A stretch of DNA of 63,443 nt, counting the filler, from Octopus bimaculoides (taxonomy: Eukaryota): NCBI RefSeq assembly GCF_001194135.2. It is 4 parts of 4 records of this genome, joined end to end, with 100 filler letters (N's around TTAATTAATTAA, not from the genome) between each part and the next. Parts side by side here need not be neighbours in the genome. Positions count along the whole stretch, not along the records: positions 1 to 30,713 come from NC_068981.1; 3 more parts are not named here. One strand, given 5' to 3'. Every line of letters begins with the position of its first letter. Position 1 is the first letter of the stretch. The notes under the pieces were generated by a model, which was given only the letters and a program-made list of their open reading frames with translations, did not search any database and had not been told where the DNA came from. This document shows positions 12,793 to 26,689 of the stretch, piece after piece. A program made the translations under genes and the position numbers.

Positions 12793-13279
12793 ACCTCATT
12801 GTCAAGATAGGTATTAGAGTACATTGTCACGCGGTCAACACTGTGGAAAGTGTTGAAGAAAAGTACACACAAAGATATTATGTATCCATCATAGCCTGCC
12901 AAGGATCAAAATGTGGATTTATTGCCATATCATACCTCTGTAACCTGAATCCGTTAAATTGCTTTCTCTTTTCTTTTCTAATGTCTCTCACAGCACCATT
13001 TCTACTGCTGACAGGTCGGTTTGCTAAACCTTTCCTATCAACCTCTTCTAAACTTTTAAGTAGCCACTAGTTATTTCTTTGTAAACTTTACCATTCTACT
13101 CTAATATTTTGACAGTCATCCTTGTCAATTACAATAAAAATTTCTGAAGATGGAAATTTTCAGTATGAAAATAATCTACATGTGGAAATTGTTAAATAAT
13201 TAAAACCCACAGATATTCTTATCAAAGAGACTCCCCAAAAGATAAAGCTTAATGATAAAATAACAGCACAAACCCAATT

Positions 13280-15030
13280 TTTGTAGAGATATTAAAAACA
13301 GACAGCAATGTTGATATCACCAGGATAAATAAAAGATTGCTTTCAGCAACCTCAATAGTTAGAGATAAAACTGAGCATTTCTCAATATTGCAGATAGAAG
13401 AATATTTAAACCTGAATCAACAATGTGAAAAAAACAAAAATCACAAAGAAAGATGGAGAAAATCTCACAATCCTCAAAGATAAAAATAACATAAAGATAC
13501 AAATTCAAAAGAAAAGATGCGACAAAAATATAAAGTAAAAAAGAGCATTTGATCAAAGAACATCTAATACAAGAGAACCTGGGAATATTGCAAATATTCT
13601 GTTGTTGGGGAAAAAAGCAATAACAATTCTTTGAACAAAACCTTGCTCTTCAGTTCTCTGTTAGCATTAATACCTTTAGTTAACTTGTTAAACAAAACTA
13701 AACTTGGATACAAATGTTATGAAAGGACAATCCTCCTCTTATATGTAAGATCTTGAGTTGTATTCACAAATGACAAACAGTTGAGTGTTACAGACAATAA
13801 ACAGATTCAGAAAAAAAATTGACATGAAATTTGATTTTAAAAAATGCACGAAGCCAAGCTTGAAAATGGCGAAAAAATAATAAAACAATTAACGTATTAA
13901 ATGAAGAAATCGAGGTATGAGGATGAAACCTAACACAGTCTTACAAATTCTAAGGAATTAATGAACATGATAAAGTTCAATGCACATAAATTGTGAGACA
14001 TGATTAAGAAAGAATATTACAATTGCATTAAACTATTACTTAAAAATATGCTAACGTTAGCAATGCAATAATATGTATCAATATTTCAGCTGTTCTAGTA
14101 ATAAACTAAAGCTATATTCTCAATGAAAGGATAAGTGAATTGACAAGACTAGAAGAGAAAAACATTAAAAATAACTACTGAATTTAGAATGCACCCCCAG
14201 AATCTGACAGGAAGATTACATTTAGCATGAATTACAGGAAGGTCAGAGCTTTCTGCAACTAGAAATTTATAAGATATCTGCTGAAGGACTACAAATATTG
14301 TAAAGAAAGAAAAAATAAATAGAGGCACAATGGAAAGCTGCTTTCTGTCTTTGAGGAATCCAACAAATATAAAACAGAATTTGAGGTAGCAAAAATCTGT
14401 GACAAAAAACATGAAGACAATTTCAAAATACTAAACTGAAAATGTGATAAAATGTTATGCTGAGACATTGACAAAAATGAAAATAAAAGGCATTGCCTAA
14501 TCAAAACTGTGAGGTTCAGAAATTAACACTGAGGCAGAAAAAATGTATTTTCTCTTTTATTGTGGCACAAAATCAAAGCTTTCTCTTCAGAAGTTGCCAA
14601 AACACGTAAAATAAAAACAAAACAAAAATGATACGTGTGCAGATGAAAAGAAATAATAATATTGTTTTTGCCACTTCAATCTTAGACAAAAGAGAATATA
14701 TATTATGAACAGGACAGAAATGGTGCTTCTGCATATTAAAAATTGTGACAGTATTATATAAAATACCCAGAGAAATGAAATGGCATGAGCATATACTTCA
14801 AGACTCAAAGCATGACAAAGACACCATACTCTGAGAAATGCCGATTGTTACAGAAACAAAGATTAATTATATATCATCCCTATAACATTTTCATCAATTT
14901 CTGGTGAGAAAAATATCTCTTAACCAATATATAATTTCCAACAGATAAAAATATACCTCTATAAGGAATTGAAAAAACTATTGAAATATAAAGATTTGGG
15001 AATAGAAATAATGATAACAGCGGTATTAAC
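13280..15030 (+). mobile_element. Old R4/Dong-clade element with internal deletions (RT, pre-zinc-knuckle and RLE remnants)
   Basis: Collinear decayed motifs: LLFSSLLALIPLVNLLNKTKLGY and YV/DLELYS (YMDDLKLY region) at ~13640-13760; KIDMKFDFKKCTK; RMHPQNLTGRLHL at ~14175; IVAQNQSF at ~14560; TIL*EMPIVT at ~14825; KELKKLLKYKDLGIEI at ~14965. Confidence 0.75.
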
Positions 15031-15184
15031 CATAGACATGTATCAAGTACACCAAACATAAGTATCCCAAGAATGATAGAATAACAAAAATGTATCCTTA
15101 AATAAATAATAAAAATCTTGGGACGTACATATGTATACAACATATAGAAATGTGAACAAATTGCATAGAATAATCCAAAGACAA

Positions 15185-15355
15185 TTGCTTTCAAATTCTG
15201 GTACAAAGTCAGCAATTTCAGGGGTGAGGTAAGTCAATTACCTTGACCTCAATATTCGACTGGTACTTATTTTATTGATTCCAAAAGGATGAAAGAAAAG
15301 CAAAGTCAAACTCAGCGGAATTTGGACTACAGAATGTATTAACGACCAAAATGCC
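15185..15355 (-). mobile_element. SINE family B copy
   Basis: gctttcaaattctggtacaaagtc...gactggtacttattttattgattccaaaaggatgaaag...gtcaaactcagcggaattt. Confidence 0.75.
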
Positions 15356-16782
15356 ACAGACTTCCTTGAATGAAGTTCAGTCCCATGTTAATGGATTTTT
15401 CAATGGACAAAGTATTATTAGCACGTCACACATGAAGTTAATCACTACTGTTAGTTATGTAATTACAAGTTACATTCATTTCTGTACATCACTAGAAACA
15501 ACTGGTAAGTGACAATGTAAAAATGTAAATATTGTAATATATTTTGAAAATCAATAGAGATTAATTATAAAAAAGTAATAATAACAACAAAAGCAACAAG
15601 TTACCTCTCTCGAAAATAGAATATTGATCTTTGACAATATCAAGTTCATATCTCCACTAGATGCAGATTTAGCTTGATTACCATGGAATAAACCATTGTA
15701 AAAATGTGAAAATAAATTTTCTTAAAGTAATGAAAGTAAACTGTGACAGAAATCAAAAGTGATGATAGTGACATCCCATAAGTTCATGTAAACAATGGAG
15801 ATGACACTCCTTAGCTACATGTTCATTAGCTGAATTATTATTGGGAGAGTCAACTGGCTCTTCTCAAAAAGGGGATTGCATCAGATAGTCTGAATGAATC
15901 CACAAGGGTAACACTACTGCTTCTTGTCAGTTCTTTCTATACAGTCTTTTAATCATGGAGGATTATTGTATCACACATAACTGTGCTGGTTATCATGTGT
16001 TAAGATACAAGTCAATGAATTGCTTTCTCAGTGTTGTTGTTCACTGTTGGATACACTACATTGGAATGGTGTGCTTTAGCTGCTACTTCTGAAATACTTA
16101 ATATATCACTAGAAGGTAGTAAACACATACATGCTTGTGGATATGGGGAGTACTTTATGTTCTATTTATGAAATCTTCATATATACCTGCCATCACTTCC
16201 AGTTTCCATCACAACTCACTTCCACCTTTTTTGACAGTAAAATGCATATTAACCCCCAGCTGCTTACAAATATTATCTTTGGGCAACGGGAGATTATGCA
16301 ATAATACATTGAAATAACTTTTGAAGACATATATAGCAGTCCAGTCCTTGAAAAGATAGAAAATATCTACAATTTAGGTACCTTAAATGATAATAATGAT
16401 GATAATCAGGTAGTAACCCACTACCCATATAAATCCTACCAGGGATAAGACCAAACCTGAGCTAAACCAAAATAACAACAACAACAATAATAATAATTAT
16501 AATGATAAAACACAAGGCACATTCTGTATAGCAAATACCCAGTAAAATAAACTTCCACCAGCAAGCTTGATACCCAGCGCATCACATACATACAATGCAA
16601 AAATAAAAGAAACTGTTGCAATGAAATACTGGAAAGAGTTTGCACACTTCCCAAGAACAGAAAAGAACACACTAAGCTGCACACATCCCATCCACACGGA
16701 GGTGTAGCAGGTAATGCTGTAGAAATTTGCCTGAAGCTACCAAATGTTGAACAGAAATAATAATAATAATAATAATTATGAT

Positions 16783-16920
16783 GGTTTTCAAGTCTTACCA
16801 CAGGGCAGCCATTTTGGGGAAGGGGATGAGTCGATTACATCAACCCCAGTGTTTCACTGGTATTTAATTTATTGATCCCCCCCAAAAAAAAAGATGAAAG
16901 GCAAAGTCCACCTTTGCGGT
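16783..16920 (-). mobile_element. SINE family B, 5'-truncated copy
   Basis: Tail and central domain only, with an (AAT)n array at 16757-16777 on its 3' side. Confidence 0.7.
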
Positions 16921-16926
16921 AGATGT

Positions 16927-17094
16927 CTTCTACTATAGGCACAAGGCCTGATATTTGGGGGAAGGTGGAAAATCGATTACATCAACCCCAGTGCGTAACC
17001 GGTACTTGTTTCATTGACCCTGAAAGGATGAAAGGCAAAGTCAGCCAAGGTGGAATTTTCCTGGCATGCTAACGATTCTGTCAGCTCACTACCT
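16927..17094 (-). mobile_element. SINE family B copy with internal deletion
   Basis: ttctactataggcacaaggcc...gaaaggatgaaaggcaaagtc...ggcatgctaacgattctgtcagc. Confidence 0.8.
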
Positions 17095-17095
17095 A

Positions 17096-17133
<38 letters not shown>

Positions 17134-17134
17134 T

Positions 17135-17838
17135 AAGACCAAAGCCTCCCCACCAGAAATTATCAAAAACATATAATGAAAAGAAACATAACAAGTAACT
17201 GTAGAATATGTGGAGATNNNNNNNNNNNNNNNNNNNNNNNNNNNNNNNNNNNNNNNNNNNNNNNNNNNNNNNNNNNNNNNNNNNNNNNNNNNNNNNNNNN
17301 NNNNNNNNNNNNNNNNNNNNNNNNNNNNNNNNNNNNNNNNNNNNNNNNNNNNNNNNNNNNNNNNNNNNNNNNNNNNNNNNNNNNNNNNNNNNNNNNNNNN
17401 NNNNNNNNNNNNNNNNNNNNNNNNNNNNNNNNNNNNNNNNNNNNNNNNNNNNNNNNNNNNNNNNNNNNNNNNNNNNNNNNNNNNNNNNNNNNNNNNNNNN
17501 NNNNNNNNNNNNNNNNNNNNNNNNNNNNNNNNNNNNNNNNNNNNNNNNAGAGGTAACTCGAATGTGGTATCTAAAAACAGAAACAATTCCTATTATAGTA
17601 GGTGCCTTAGGTATAATAAAAAAATATTCAGACAAATACATAACAAAAACACCAGGACTTACAAATATATATAACATACAGAAAATTGCACTACTGGGCA
17701 CAGCACACATCCTACACAAAACACTTTCAATACAGTAACCATAAGAGCACCACAGCAAACCACAGCAAATACCCAAGGCGCACAGAGCTGTGCTTGGTAG
17801 TGAAGTGAAAGCACGTTATAAAAATAAAACTACTGAAC
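17135..17838 (+). mobile_element. 5'-truncated R4/Dong-clade retrotransposon (zinc-knuckle start, RLE C-terminus, 3' UTR) inside an (AAT)n microsatellite
   Basis: DQSLPTRNYQKHIMKRNITSNCRICGD, then an N gap, then EVTRMWYLKTETIPIIVGALGII...IQKIALLGTAHILHKTLSIQ*. (TAA)n arrays lie directly on both sides. Dong-type elements are known to target TAA repeats. Confidence 0.9.
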
Positions 17839-19550
17839 AATAATAATAATAACAACAGCAATAATAATAAATGCCCTGATGCAGACACAGTTAGTTAAGA
17901 GAAAAAATGAGTAATGGCCATGACCTTTCCAGATCTTTCTAAACAGGTGAGATTGAACTGGCTGATGATGACCATCTTAAATATTTGAAAAAGAAGGGAA
18001 ATGAAAAGAAACAAACAGATGTGTAAGTGGAATGAGAGAAAGAGCATAGGAGGAAGAGAGGTACTTTAGCTTTAGAGAAAGAGTGGAAGAAAAAGAGAGA
18101 ATTAGAAAGCAAAGCAAAGTTAACTAACTTTTTGATCACAATATCAGAGATGTCAAGAACGTTAACATCACTGCCACTAAGATTCTGTAAGATCTGATCA
18201 ATGTAAGTAGTTTCATTAACGTTGATTTTTACCTATAACTTATATATGATTTGACATTCAAATGATTTATCTCATGAATATTGGCAAAAAAAAAAAAGGA
18301 ATAAAAAGCAACAAATGATTGCCACACACACACACACACATGTCAATTACTATGTACATATGTATGCACAGAAATATATACTGAAGTTGGATTCTAAACA
18401 GTTATTAGAATTAGATATGTATGTATGCATGTATTTGTCTATATATATATATATATGTATGTGTATGATTTATGGAAAATCATGAATAAATATAATCAAA
18501 CATTAACTGAAAGAACACTCAAAACATTTAAGTAGAGTATTAAATTTACTTTTGCAAGGAGAACGTTGATAGTGACATCGAAGTCTTGGTGGTGATTGGT
18601 TTTGTCAGTCTAACGAAGCCAATTACTAACCAAAGTTTGAATATATATGAGTGTGTTATTGCACTTTACATTTCCATACACCTCCATGTACAATTATACA
18701 GATACTCAACTTACTCTCTCTCACATACACGTAATCTTTGTGTGTCTGTTGTTGTCTCTGTCTGTTTGTCTCTCTCTTTCTTTCTCTCTGTTTTTAGCTG
18801 CTCTGACTAAATATTGTGCATACTGTCTTGAAACTACATTCACTGGATTAAAACAACCTCAACTTTTGGTACCAGAACATATTTTCAAGCTCTAATCAGA
18901 TTTGAGACAAACATGGCATAGCTTCAGATATAACTCTCTTCAGAGAAGTTCTGGTGTGTGCCAGTCATATGTTCAACCTGTCCATATGGATTACATGGTA
19001 AATTGCAGCAGTTGTTTTTTCATTAAAATGTAGCAGTTTTGAAAAGCACATGTTATCCTTGGATGCATGGTTTTTGTTAGGGTCTCTTTCAATGTCATGG
19101 CATTTTGTGAAAGAATATGATTAAAGAAAGCTAATGTTTCTCCTACAGAAATGCTATACTCAAGACAGTCAGATTTCCAATGAAGCTACAGAAAGATACA
19201 TTGGGAACTTGAGAATAAAAGTTGCTATTCTAATTAAGAAATACACACCACATATTTATAACAGATCAAATTTGTTACTATAGCAATGTACAACCACTCT
19301 TCACACACACACTCACACACACACACACACTACTATAGGACAGAGAAGTCAGCTAATAACTTTCCCCCAAAGATTTTCAGATGAAGGAATCTCAATCCTG
19401 AAATATTAAAATACCAGGTAAAACCATTCACCTGTATTATTTTTATAACTTGCATTGTTTTGGCTTTGAAAGGAAATACAATTAGAAACATGCGAATATA
19501 TAAGACAATGCATGATGGAAACTATATCATTCTAATATATATAGAAGAGC

Positions 19551-19697
19551 AAGCAATGAGCTGGCAGAACAGTTAGCATGACAAGCAAAGTGCTTTGTGA
19601 CATTTCGTCTGTCTTTACATTCTGGGTTCAAATAACACTTGGGTTGACTTTGACTTTCATTTTTTCAGGGTCGATAAGATAAGTACCAGTTGAGCAC
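19551..19697 (+). mobile_element. SINE family B copy lacking its tail
   Basis: gagctggcagaacagttagc...ttcgtctgtctttacattctgggttcaaat...gggtcgataagataagtaccagttg. Confidence 0.8.
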
Positions 19698-19816
19698 TTG
19701 CATAAAGTACTGTTGGTCTGAGGTCCTTGTTGTGACTTGAGAAACAGTACAAACTCCCAGTAGACACGATATCTTTAATCAACAACCTCACAGTATTGTA
19801 TACTGTGCAATGTCTA

Positions 19817-20110
19817 TCATCATCATCATCATCGTTTAACATCCGCCTTCCATGCTAGCATGGGTTGGACGATTTGACTGAGGGCTGGCGAACTAGAAGG
19901 CTGTACCAGACTCCAATCTGATCTGGCACAGTTTCTACAGTTGGATGCCCTTCCTAACGCCAACCACTCTGAGAGTGTAGTGGGTGCTTTTATGTGCCAC
20001 CAGCAAGAGGGTCAGTCAGGCGGTACTGGCAATGGCCATGCTCAAAATGGTGTTTTTTGTGTGCCACCTGTACAGGAGCCAGTCCAGCAGCACTAGCAAC
20101 AACCTCGCTC
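19817..20110 (-). mobile_element. Retroposon 3' region (same family as position 1-44) with internal ggtg...gtgccacc subrepeats
   Basis: (CAT)n+cgtttaacatccgccttccatgctagcatggg...ggatgcccttcctaacgccaacc. Two ggtg(c/t)ttt...gtgccacc subunits are visible. Confidence 0.7.
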
Positions 20111-20117
20111 AATCTAC

Positions 20118-20151
<34 letters not shown>

Positions 20152-20846
20152 TCCCCATACCTATAAATGCATTTATTTTATGCATATATGCAACTGATAG
20201 AAATGAGGAACACAGTCAATAATCTCAACCCAAGAATATTAGTTATTTTTCCTGCAATAAAGACACTTAAACTCCAAATGCAATCTCATGATATATAACA
20301 CCAGAGAATTTCAGATATGATGCTAAATACTGTATGGTTATACGTTTGCAATCAATTCATAGGCAGAAATTTAGCATTAAATTTTCAGGCCTTCAATTTA
20401 TCCTTACACATCAACTACTGATGAATATTTGCATCAGGTATTAATTGAAACATTATCCATATTTGGTAAATCATTTGCATACATGTATTAATTTAATTTT
20501 CAAAAGCTAAATAGTATTAGCAGATCTTTGAAAAACTTAAAATTTTTTTCTTTATCTGACATGTGTCAGTTTGACAAGTTGAGCTTGAATTACCATAAGC
20601 TTAATATATCTTAGGATTCTGTCATTGAATTAATGAATCAGATTTTACAAGATGCGTTTTTATGAGGAGTTTTACAATCTGACATAGCTTAATCTATTTA
20701 GATAGTTTTAAAGATTTTTATTTCTAAATGATTACCCATCTGAGAAACAACTGGGTCCAAAAGTTCTGAATTTTAATCAAATTCATTGGATATGCTAATT
20801 CAATGTGGTTTATGATAAATTTGTCAAATTTAGATAGCAAAAAAAA

Positions 20847-20898
<52 letters not shown>

Positions 20899-21492
20899 AA
20901 ACTATATAGTTGGATATCATAATTTATTTCAGAACAATTTTGGGTTGAAATGAAAACCAATAACATGCCATGTGAAAATGACAATTTAAATGTTAATTAA
21001 ATATTATCAGTTCCAGAGGATAATGAGAAGAAATTCTTAATTAGGAAAGATTAAAGGTTTTATAGCTTGATCAGATATTTTTAATTTAGGTGCAGTACAT
21101 GAAATATTATAGGATAGGCATGTGTAGAAATAGGCTGCTCTGCAGGCTGATTTATTGAATGCAGTGTTGAAATAACAGGTTGTTTGTGGAACTGATTTTG
21201 CTAATGCTTAAAACCTCCTTCAGTGCTTAAAAGGGATTGGCTGATTGTACAAATGATTTTTGTTGCAAAGGTAACAAAGAGGTTTTTAAGATTTGAAAAT
21301 CCTAATAAAGAAATATGACCTGAAATGAATAGAATCAGAACTAAATATTAAAAAAAAATAAAGAAGTTATTATTAATAGTATGGAAGTTACTATTCTAAA
21401 TAGTTTATTGTTTTGCATTTATTATATTGTTTATATTGTTACTAATGTTGACTCACACCAATTGTTCAGTGTACCTCAGATCATCAACTCTT

Positions 21493-21870
21493 TTAATCTT
21501 TTACTTGTTTCAGTCATTTGACTGTGGCCGTGCTACAACACCACCTTTAGTCGAACAAATTGACCCCAGGACTTATTCTTTGTAAGCCTAGTACTTATTC
21601 TATTGGTATCTTTTGCTGAACTGCTAAGTTATGGGATGTAAACACACCAACATCGGCTGTCAAGCAATGATGGGAAGACAAACAGATACACACACGCACA
21701 CACATGCACAAGATGGGCTTCTTTCAGTTTCCATCTACCAAATCCACTCACATAGCTTTGGTTGATCTGAGGCTATAGTGGAAGACACTTGCCCAGGTGT
21801 CACACAGTGGGACTCAACCCAGAACCATGTGGTTGGGAAGCAAGTTTCTTACCATGCAGCCATGCTGCAC
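21493..21870 (-). mobile_element. SINE family A, near full length
   Basis: Reverse complement of the 8916-9320 copy, with many CpG>TpG changes. Confidence 0.85.
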
Positions 21871-24800
21871 CCATGCATTTTTTTAAGAAGTTGCAATAGT
21901 AACAATATTTTCTCTGCTTTTAATGGCTAGCTGACAAATAGAAGGATTGAGGTAAATCTAATGCATAACTGAGAGCACAGCATTGTTATATGCAAACAGG
22001 ACAATCATGAAATATACAATGATGACTCTATACCTGAGTAACTTACCTTATATAAGCACAACCAAGAAGAGAACAATGATGATTGTGATAATGATGAGAT
22101 GATGAGAATAATTGGCTGGTGTATGTGTGTGTGGTGGGGACAGGATTCCATACAGTTTCCATCTACCAGTTTCACTACCTAAACATCGGTCTTGAATCTG
22201 TTGTAGAAACTGTTAAGGTACAATACAGTGGGACTGAATGAGACCTCATATTCGCAAAACGATCTTTTTGACTATAGTCATTCTTTCACTAGAAATGTAA
22301 AAAAAAAAAAGAAAAGAAAAAGACAAAGTAATGTAGCAAAACATGTTTACACTGCCAGTAGCACAGCATTGTATTCATATTTAAGCGTTCATAACTCTAA
22401 ATATTTATGAAGAAGTAATATAGCTCATTGTTGTTGTAACAATTAACATTAACCAGTATTTAGTGAGTACATGTTTCTACATGTACAAGGGGAAAGAGAG
22501 TAGAGCTTTAAATTTGAATATTATATTAGGATTCTATAATTGCAAAAATTGAATGGCTTTACGTATTTACCATAAGAAGGAAGGGAATGAGCATCTAAAG
22601 AATTTGTTTTATGATAAAATCTCTGATCCTTTCATACAATCATGCTGAGGGATATTTGGTTATATTAGTGCTACAATGATGTGAAACAATGAATAAACAA
22701 CTATAAGGATTCCAAACAGCACCGAAGAAGCCATACAAAGATTGTGAATATAGTTCTTCCTCAAATCAGATAACAAGCAACCAAGACAAAATGAAAATAA
22801 TAAAAGAGGCAGCAATGAAAGTTGTTTTAGAGTTTTGCCAACAATGTGTATATAGCATATGTAATAGAATAAAGCACTGGATCTAATCTTAGTGTATACA
22901 TATCTGTTGTGTTATTAAATTGTTATGTTAAAGAACAAAAAGAGGATTTCATAAATGCATAAATAAAATTTTATATAAATATAAATAGAATACCTTAAAT
23001 GTAAAATTGGAAAAATAGAATAGATTTGGCTCAGCTTAAATACAATAAATTTGCACACAATAGGTTTTTGTTTAAACTTGTTTTTTTTCCACTTTAAAGT
23101 GATTTAACAGGAATCAATAGTGTATTGCATAAAGGGAAATGACAAAGTGTTTGGAGAGTTACAATTAGCAACAGGCTTGAAACTTATAGAGTGGTGGATA
23201 TTCCTTCAACTATTCCACCAAGATAGTCATAAATATGGCTTTCTAGATTGTGTAGAGAAAATCAATATTGGAGGGAGAAAATCATTTTGTGTTTTTGAAT
23301 ATTTTAGGAGAATTTTGTGTTATAAAATGTGTTTAATTCTTCTTCACATTTTTTTTATTCTATATTTTGAGGGAAGAAGATATTTAGTCAAACAGAATAA
23401 TAAAACAAGTCACAAAGAAAAAAAGAATTGAAGAAGGGTGAAGTTAAGGGTCTATTATATATGTGTATGTGTGTGTGTGTATAGTTTATTTCAGTGGAGT
23501 GATGTTGGAGATGGTGTTTGAATGTTAATGGGAAATCTTAAAAGAATCTGGTTTCATATCACTTTATCTCCATGCCGAAAATAAAAGATAATAGGAGTGA
23601 GGAAAAACAAGAATTTTAAATTAAGCAAAGAGAGAAAGAAATGCAAGATTAAGTTAGCTGTAAACAACTAGAATTTGTTAAGGTGTTGGTTCGTTCATCA
23701 TCTTCACCCTCATCATAATAATAATAATCATCATCATGACTTTATTATTGTCATCACCCTTGGTTATCAAAAAAATGAAGCATCTCTCTGTATATTATGA
23801 ACAAAGCTTTCAAAGCCTCAATATTATTGCCTTCTGATCTAGGCTGACAATGTTTTGTTAATACACAAAATTACTAGAATAAAACAAAAATATTATGAAT
23901 GTAAAAGATATTTTTATTCTAAGTACAGTTAAAATCTCCTCTTCCTCTTTTCAACAATAGCCATGCTTTCCAATTTCTTGTTTTACAACTCCAGGAAATA
24001 TGGCCATTATTTATTTTCTATTTGACTAAAAACAGGGAGCTTTACCTGCAACAACTTTGTTGTCAAAGCTGATAAAATTACACATGCAAATTATATCAGG
24101 CTCAATCTTTGTTGTTCTAGCTTTAAATTTTGAAGTTTTGAAACTCAAAAGCTTGCCAAATATGTGCCAGAAGACCCGATGTGTCTAAATACTGCCTAGT
24201 AAACTACTAGAGATACCTTACAATAATTTATTTAAATATATGTAGTGTTATACTTAATTACTATCCCATTAAACCCGTATGATATAAATTTAGATTGCTG
24301 CATCAAATTTGAGCAGATATGAAGTGAAGATTGCTTGCTTTTATGTTATATGTTACAACTTCGATTTTGATTAACCAATAGCAAGTCAGCATTGTATTCC
24401 AGTCTATGCAGATTAGAATTCTGCATAAATTCAGATCATCATATCTTCATAGATTAATATGCACCAACATACCAGTATGATGCCACAATAAGGATTTAAG
24501 AGTACAGTTACTATTCTATGAATGTTCATAAACACAATCAACAGATTTCTTTACACATGTGTAATGGGTAGTTTAAGGCTTTCCTATGTAAAAACCATAG
24601 AAACACTTATAATCTTATGCATTAAAATTCATTTAATCTTGCTGTATAGAGATTATGAGTTAAAACCAAAGTACTTAGCAAAGGGACATATTCTGCAAGT
24701 GTTTCTTTGCCAAATTGAGTTTTAAGCTAGGATTGACGTATGTACAATAATAAGAATAAGAATAAAAAGAACAACACTTTCTTCATGTAATAATGTTTTG

Positions 24801-25284
24801 TTTAACAACAACATCACAAAAAACGACGTCGATGAGGATGATAACAACAACAACAATAACAATAATAATAATCTGCTCTTTATTAGCTAGAATGGCTCAA
24901 AGAGATACTGAAAAAAGCAAGGAAACATTAACCAGGGTGCTTACAAAGATGAGCAGGGTGGAAGGAACAAATTATTTAAAGATGAGAGAAGTGAAAAGAA
25001 AATATACAATATATAAAGAATGAATTAAACATTTATAAATAATGCAAAAAAGAATGACTCAAGAATTTACACAGAATAAATATTAAAAAAAACAGCATTA
25101 TAACACATTACAGCTAAAAGAAGATATCCCTATAAAATCTGAACATCCACATGGATTGATTAAAGCATCCAATGTTCCTGATTAAGCACCCTCTATACTT
25201 CCCTCCTGTGTTATTTGTTTATAGCTGAAGATTTCAGAATCTTCCAAAAGAAGCTTGAGGGCTAATTTAGGCAAGTGAGGATCA

Positions 25285-25703
25285 AGCTTGCTTCCCAACC
25301 ACATGGTTCCAGGTTCAGTCCCACTGTGTTGCACCTTAGCCAAGTGTTTTCTTTTATAGCCTTGGGATGACCAAAGCCTTGTGAGTGAATTCGGTTGATG
25401 GAAACTGAAAAGAAGCCCATTGTGCATGTGCATGTGTGCATGTGCATGTGTGCATGTATGTGTGTGTACACATGCATGTGTGTAGGTGTGTATATGACTT
25501 TGCATCTGTGTTTGTTCCCCGCCACTGCCTGACACTTGGTGGTGGTGTGTTTACATCCTGTAAATAAGCAGTTTGGCAAAAAGATATTGATAAAATAAGT
25601 ACCTGGCAGAAAATAAAAAATACTAGGGTTGATTCATTTGACTAAAAATTCTTCAAGGCTTGGCTGCAGTCTAATGACTGTAACAAGTAAAAGAGTAAAA
25701 GAG
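25285..25703 (+). mobile_element. SINE family A
   Basis: agcttgcttcccaaccacatggttccaggttcagtccc...gactgtaacaagtaaaagagtaaaagag. Confidence 0.85.
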
Positions 25704-25751
25704 ACTACAACTCTTCATAATGGCTATTTGAAGTTTATGCTAATATTCCTA

Positions 25752-25978
25752 TTTCTTTATTGCCCACAAGGGGCTAAACATAGAGGGGACAAACAACGAC
25801 AGACAAAGGGATTAAGTCGATTACATCGACCCCAGTACGTAACTGGTACTTAATTTATCGACCCCGAATGGATGAAAGGCAAAGTCAACCTCGGTGGAAT
25901 TTAAAATTCTAATGTAATGGCAGACGAAACACTGCTAAGCATCCCGCCCGGTGTGCTAACGTTTCAGCCAGCTTGCCA
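25752..25978 (-). mobile_element. SINE with family-B head and core but a different 3' tail
   Basis: The core gtcgattacatcgaccccag...gaaaggcaaagtcaacctcggtggaattt is shared. The tail (minus strand) ttaatccctttgtctgtcg...gccccttgtgggcaataaagaaa differs from the other copies. Confidence 0.8.
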
Positions 25979-26689
25979 CTCTTTATGCTAATATTCTGTC
26001 CTTTTTGTGCTGTTTAAAATGTGTTTCTATTTCTTTATTGACTCATGTTTTGTTTGGAAATTTTTTGTGAATATCATATAAATGATCTGAGAATATTGTT
26101 AGTCTTGTGAAGGGTTATGGATTTCATTTCATTCGAGAAAGGAGTTAATTCTTTGTCATAAGTTATAAGGTTCCCTTCATTAGATATTCTTCCATTAAGG
26201 GCGTTTTCTTTTCATGGAAAGTGCTCCATTTCACATTTTTCAATGGCTATTTTTCATTATATTCTTCTTCTTCTCCTCCTCCTACCCCTTCTTCCCACAT
26301 CNNNNNNNNNNNNNNNNNNNNNNNNNNNNNNNNNNNNNNNNNNNNNNNNNNNNNNNNNNNNNNNNNNNNNNNNNNNNNNNNNNNNNNNNNNNNNNNNNNN
26401 NNNNNNNNNNNNNNNNNNNNNNNNNNNNNNNNNNNNNNNNNNNNNNNNNNNNNNNNNNNNNNNNNNNNNNNNNNNNNNNCCTACCACCACCACCACCACC
26501 ACCACCACCATCTCCTTCTTCTTCTTCTTCTTCTTCTTCTTCTTCTTCTTCTTCTTCTTCTTCTTCAGTTTTTCAGTCTCTATCTAGTCTCTTTCCTCAT
26601 TCATAGATGGATGGTACAACTATGAGAGGATGCTTCAAGGCTGGTCTTTTCTTCACCAATGTTGTTGCTGCTGCTGTAGGTGGTTTCTC

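Noticed and set aside
24050-24190. Minus-strand open frame THRVFWHIFGKLL...DNKVVA ending at a CAG/GTAAAG donor
   Set aside because: The acceptor is weak, there is no recognisable domain, and such a match is expected by chance.
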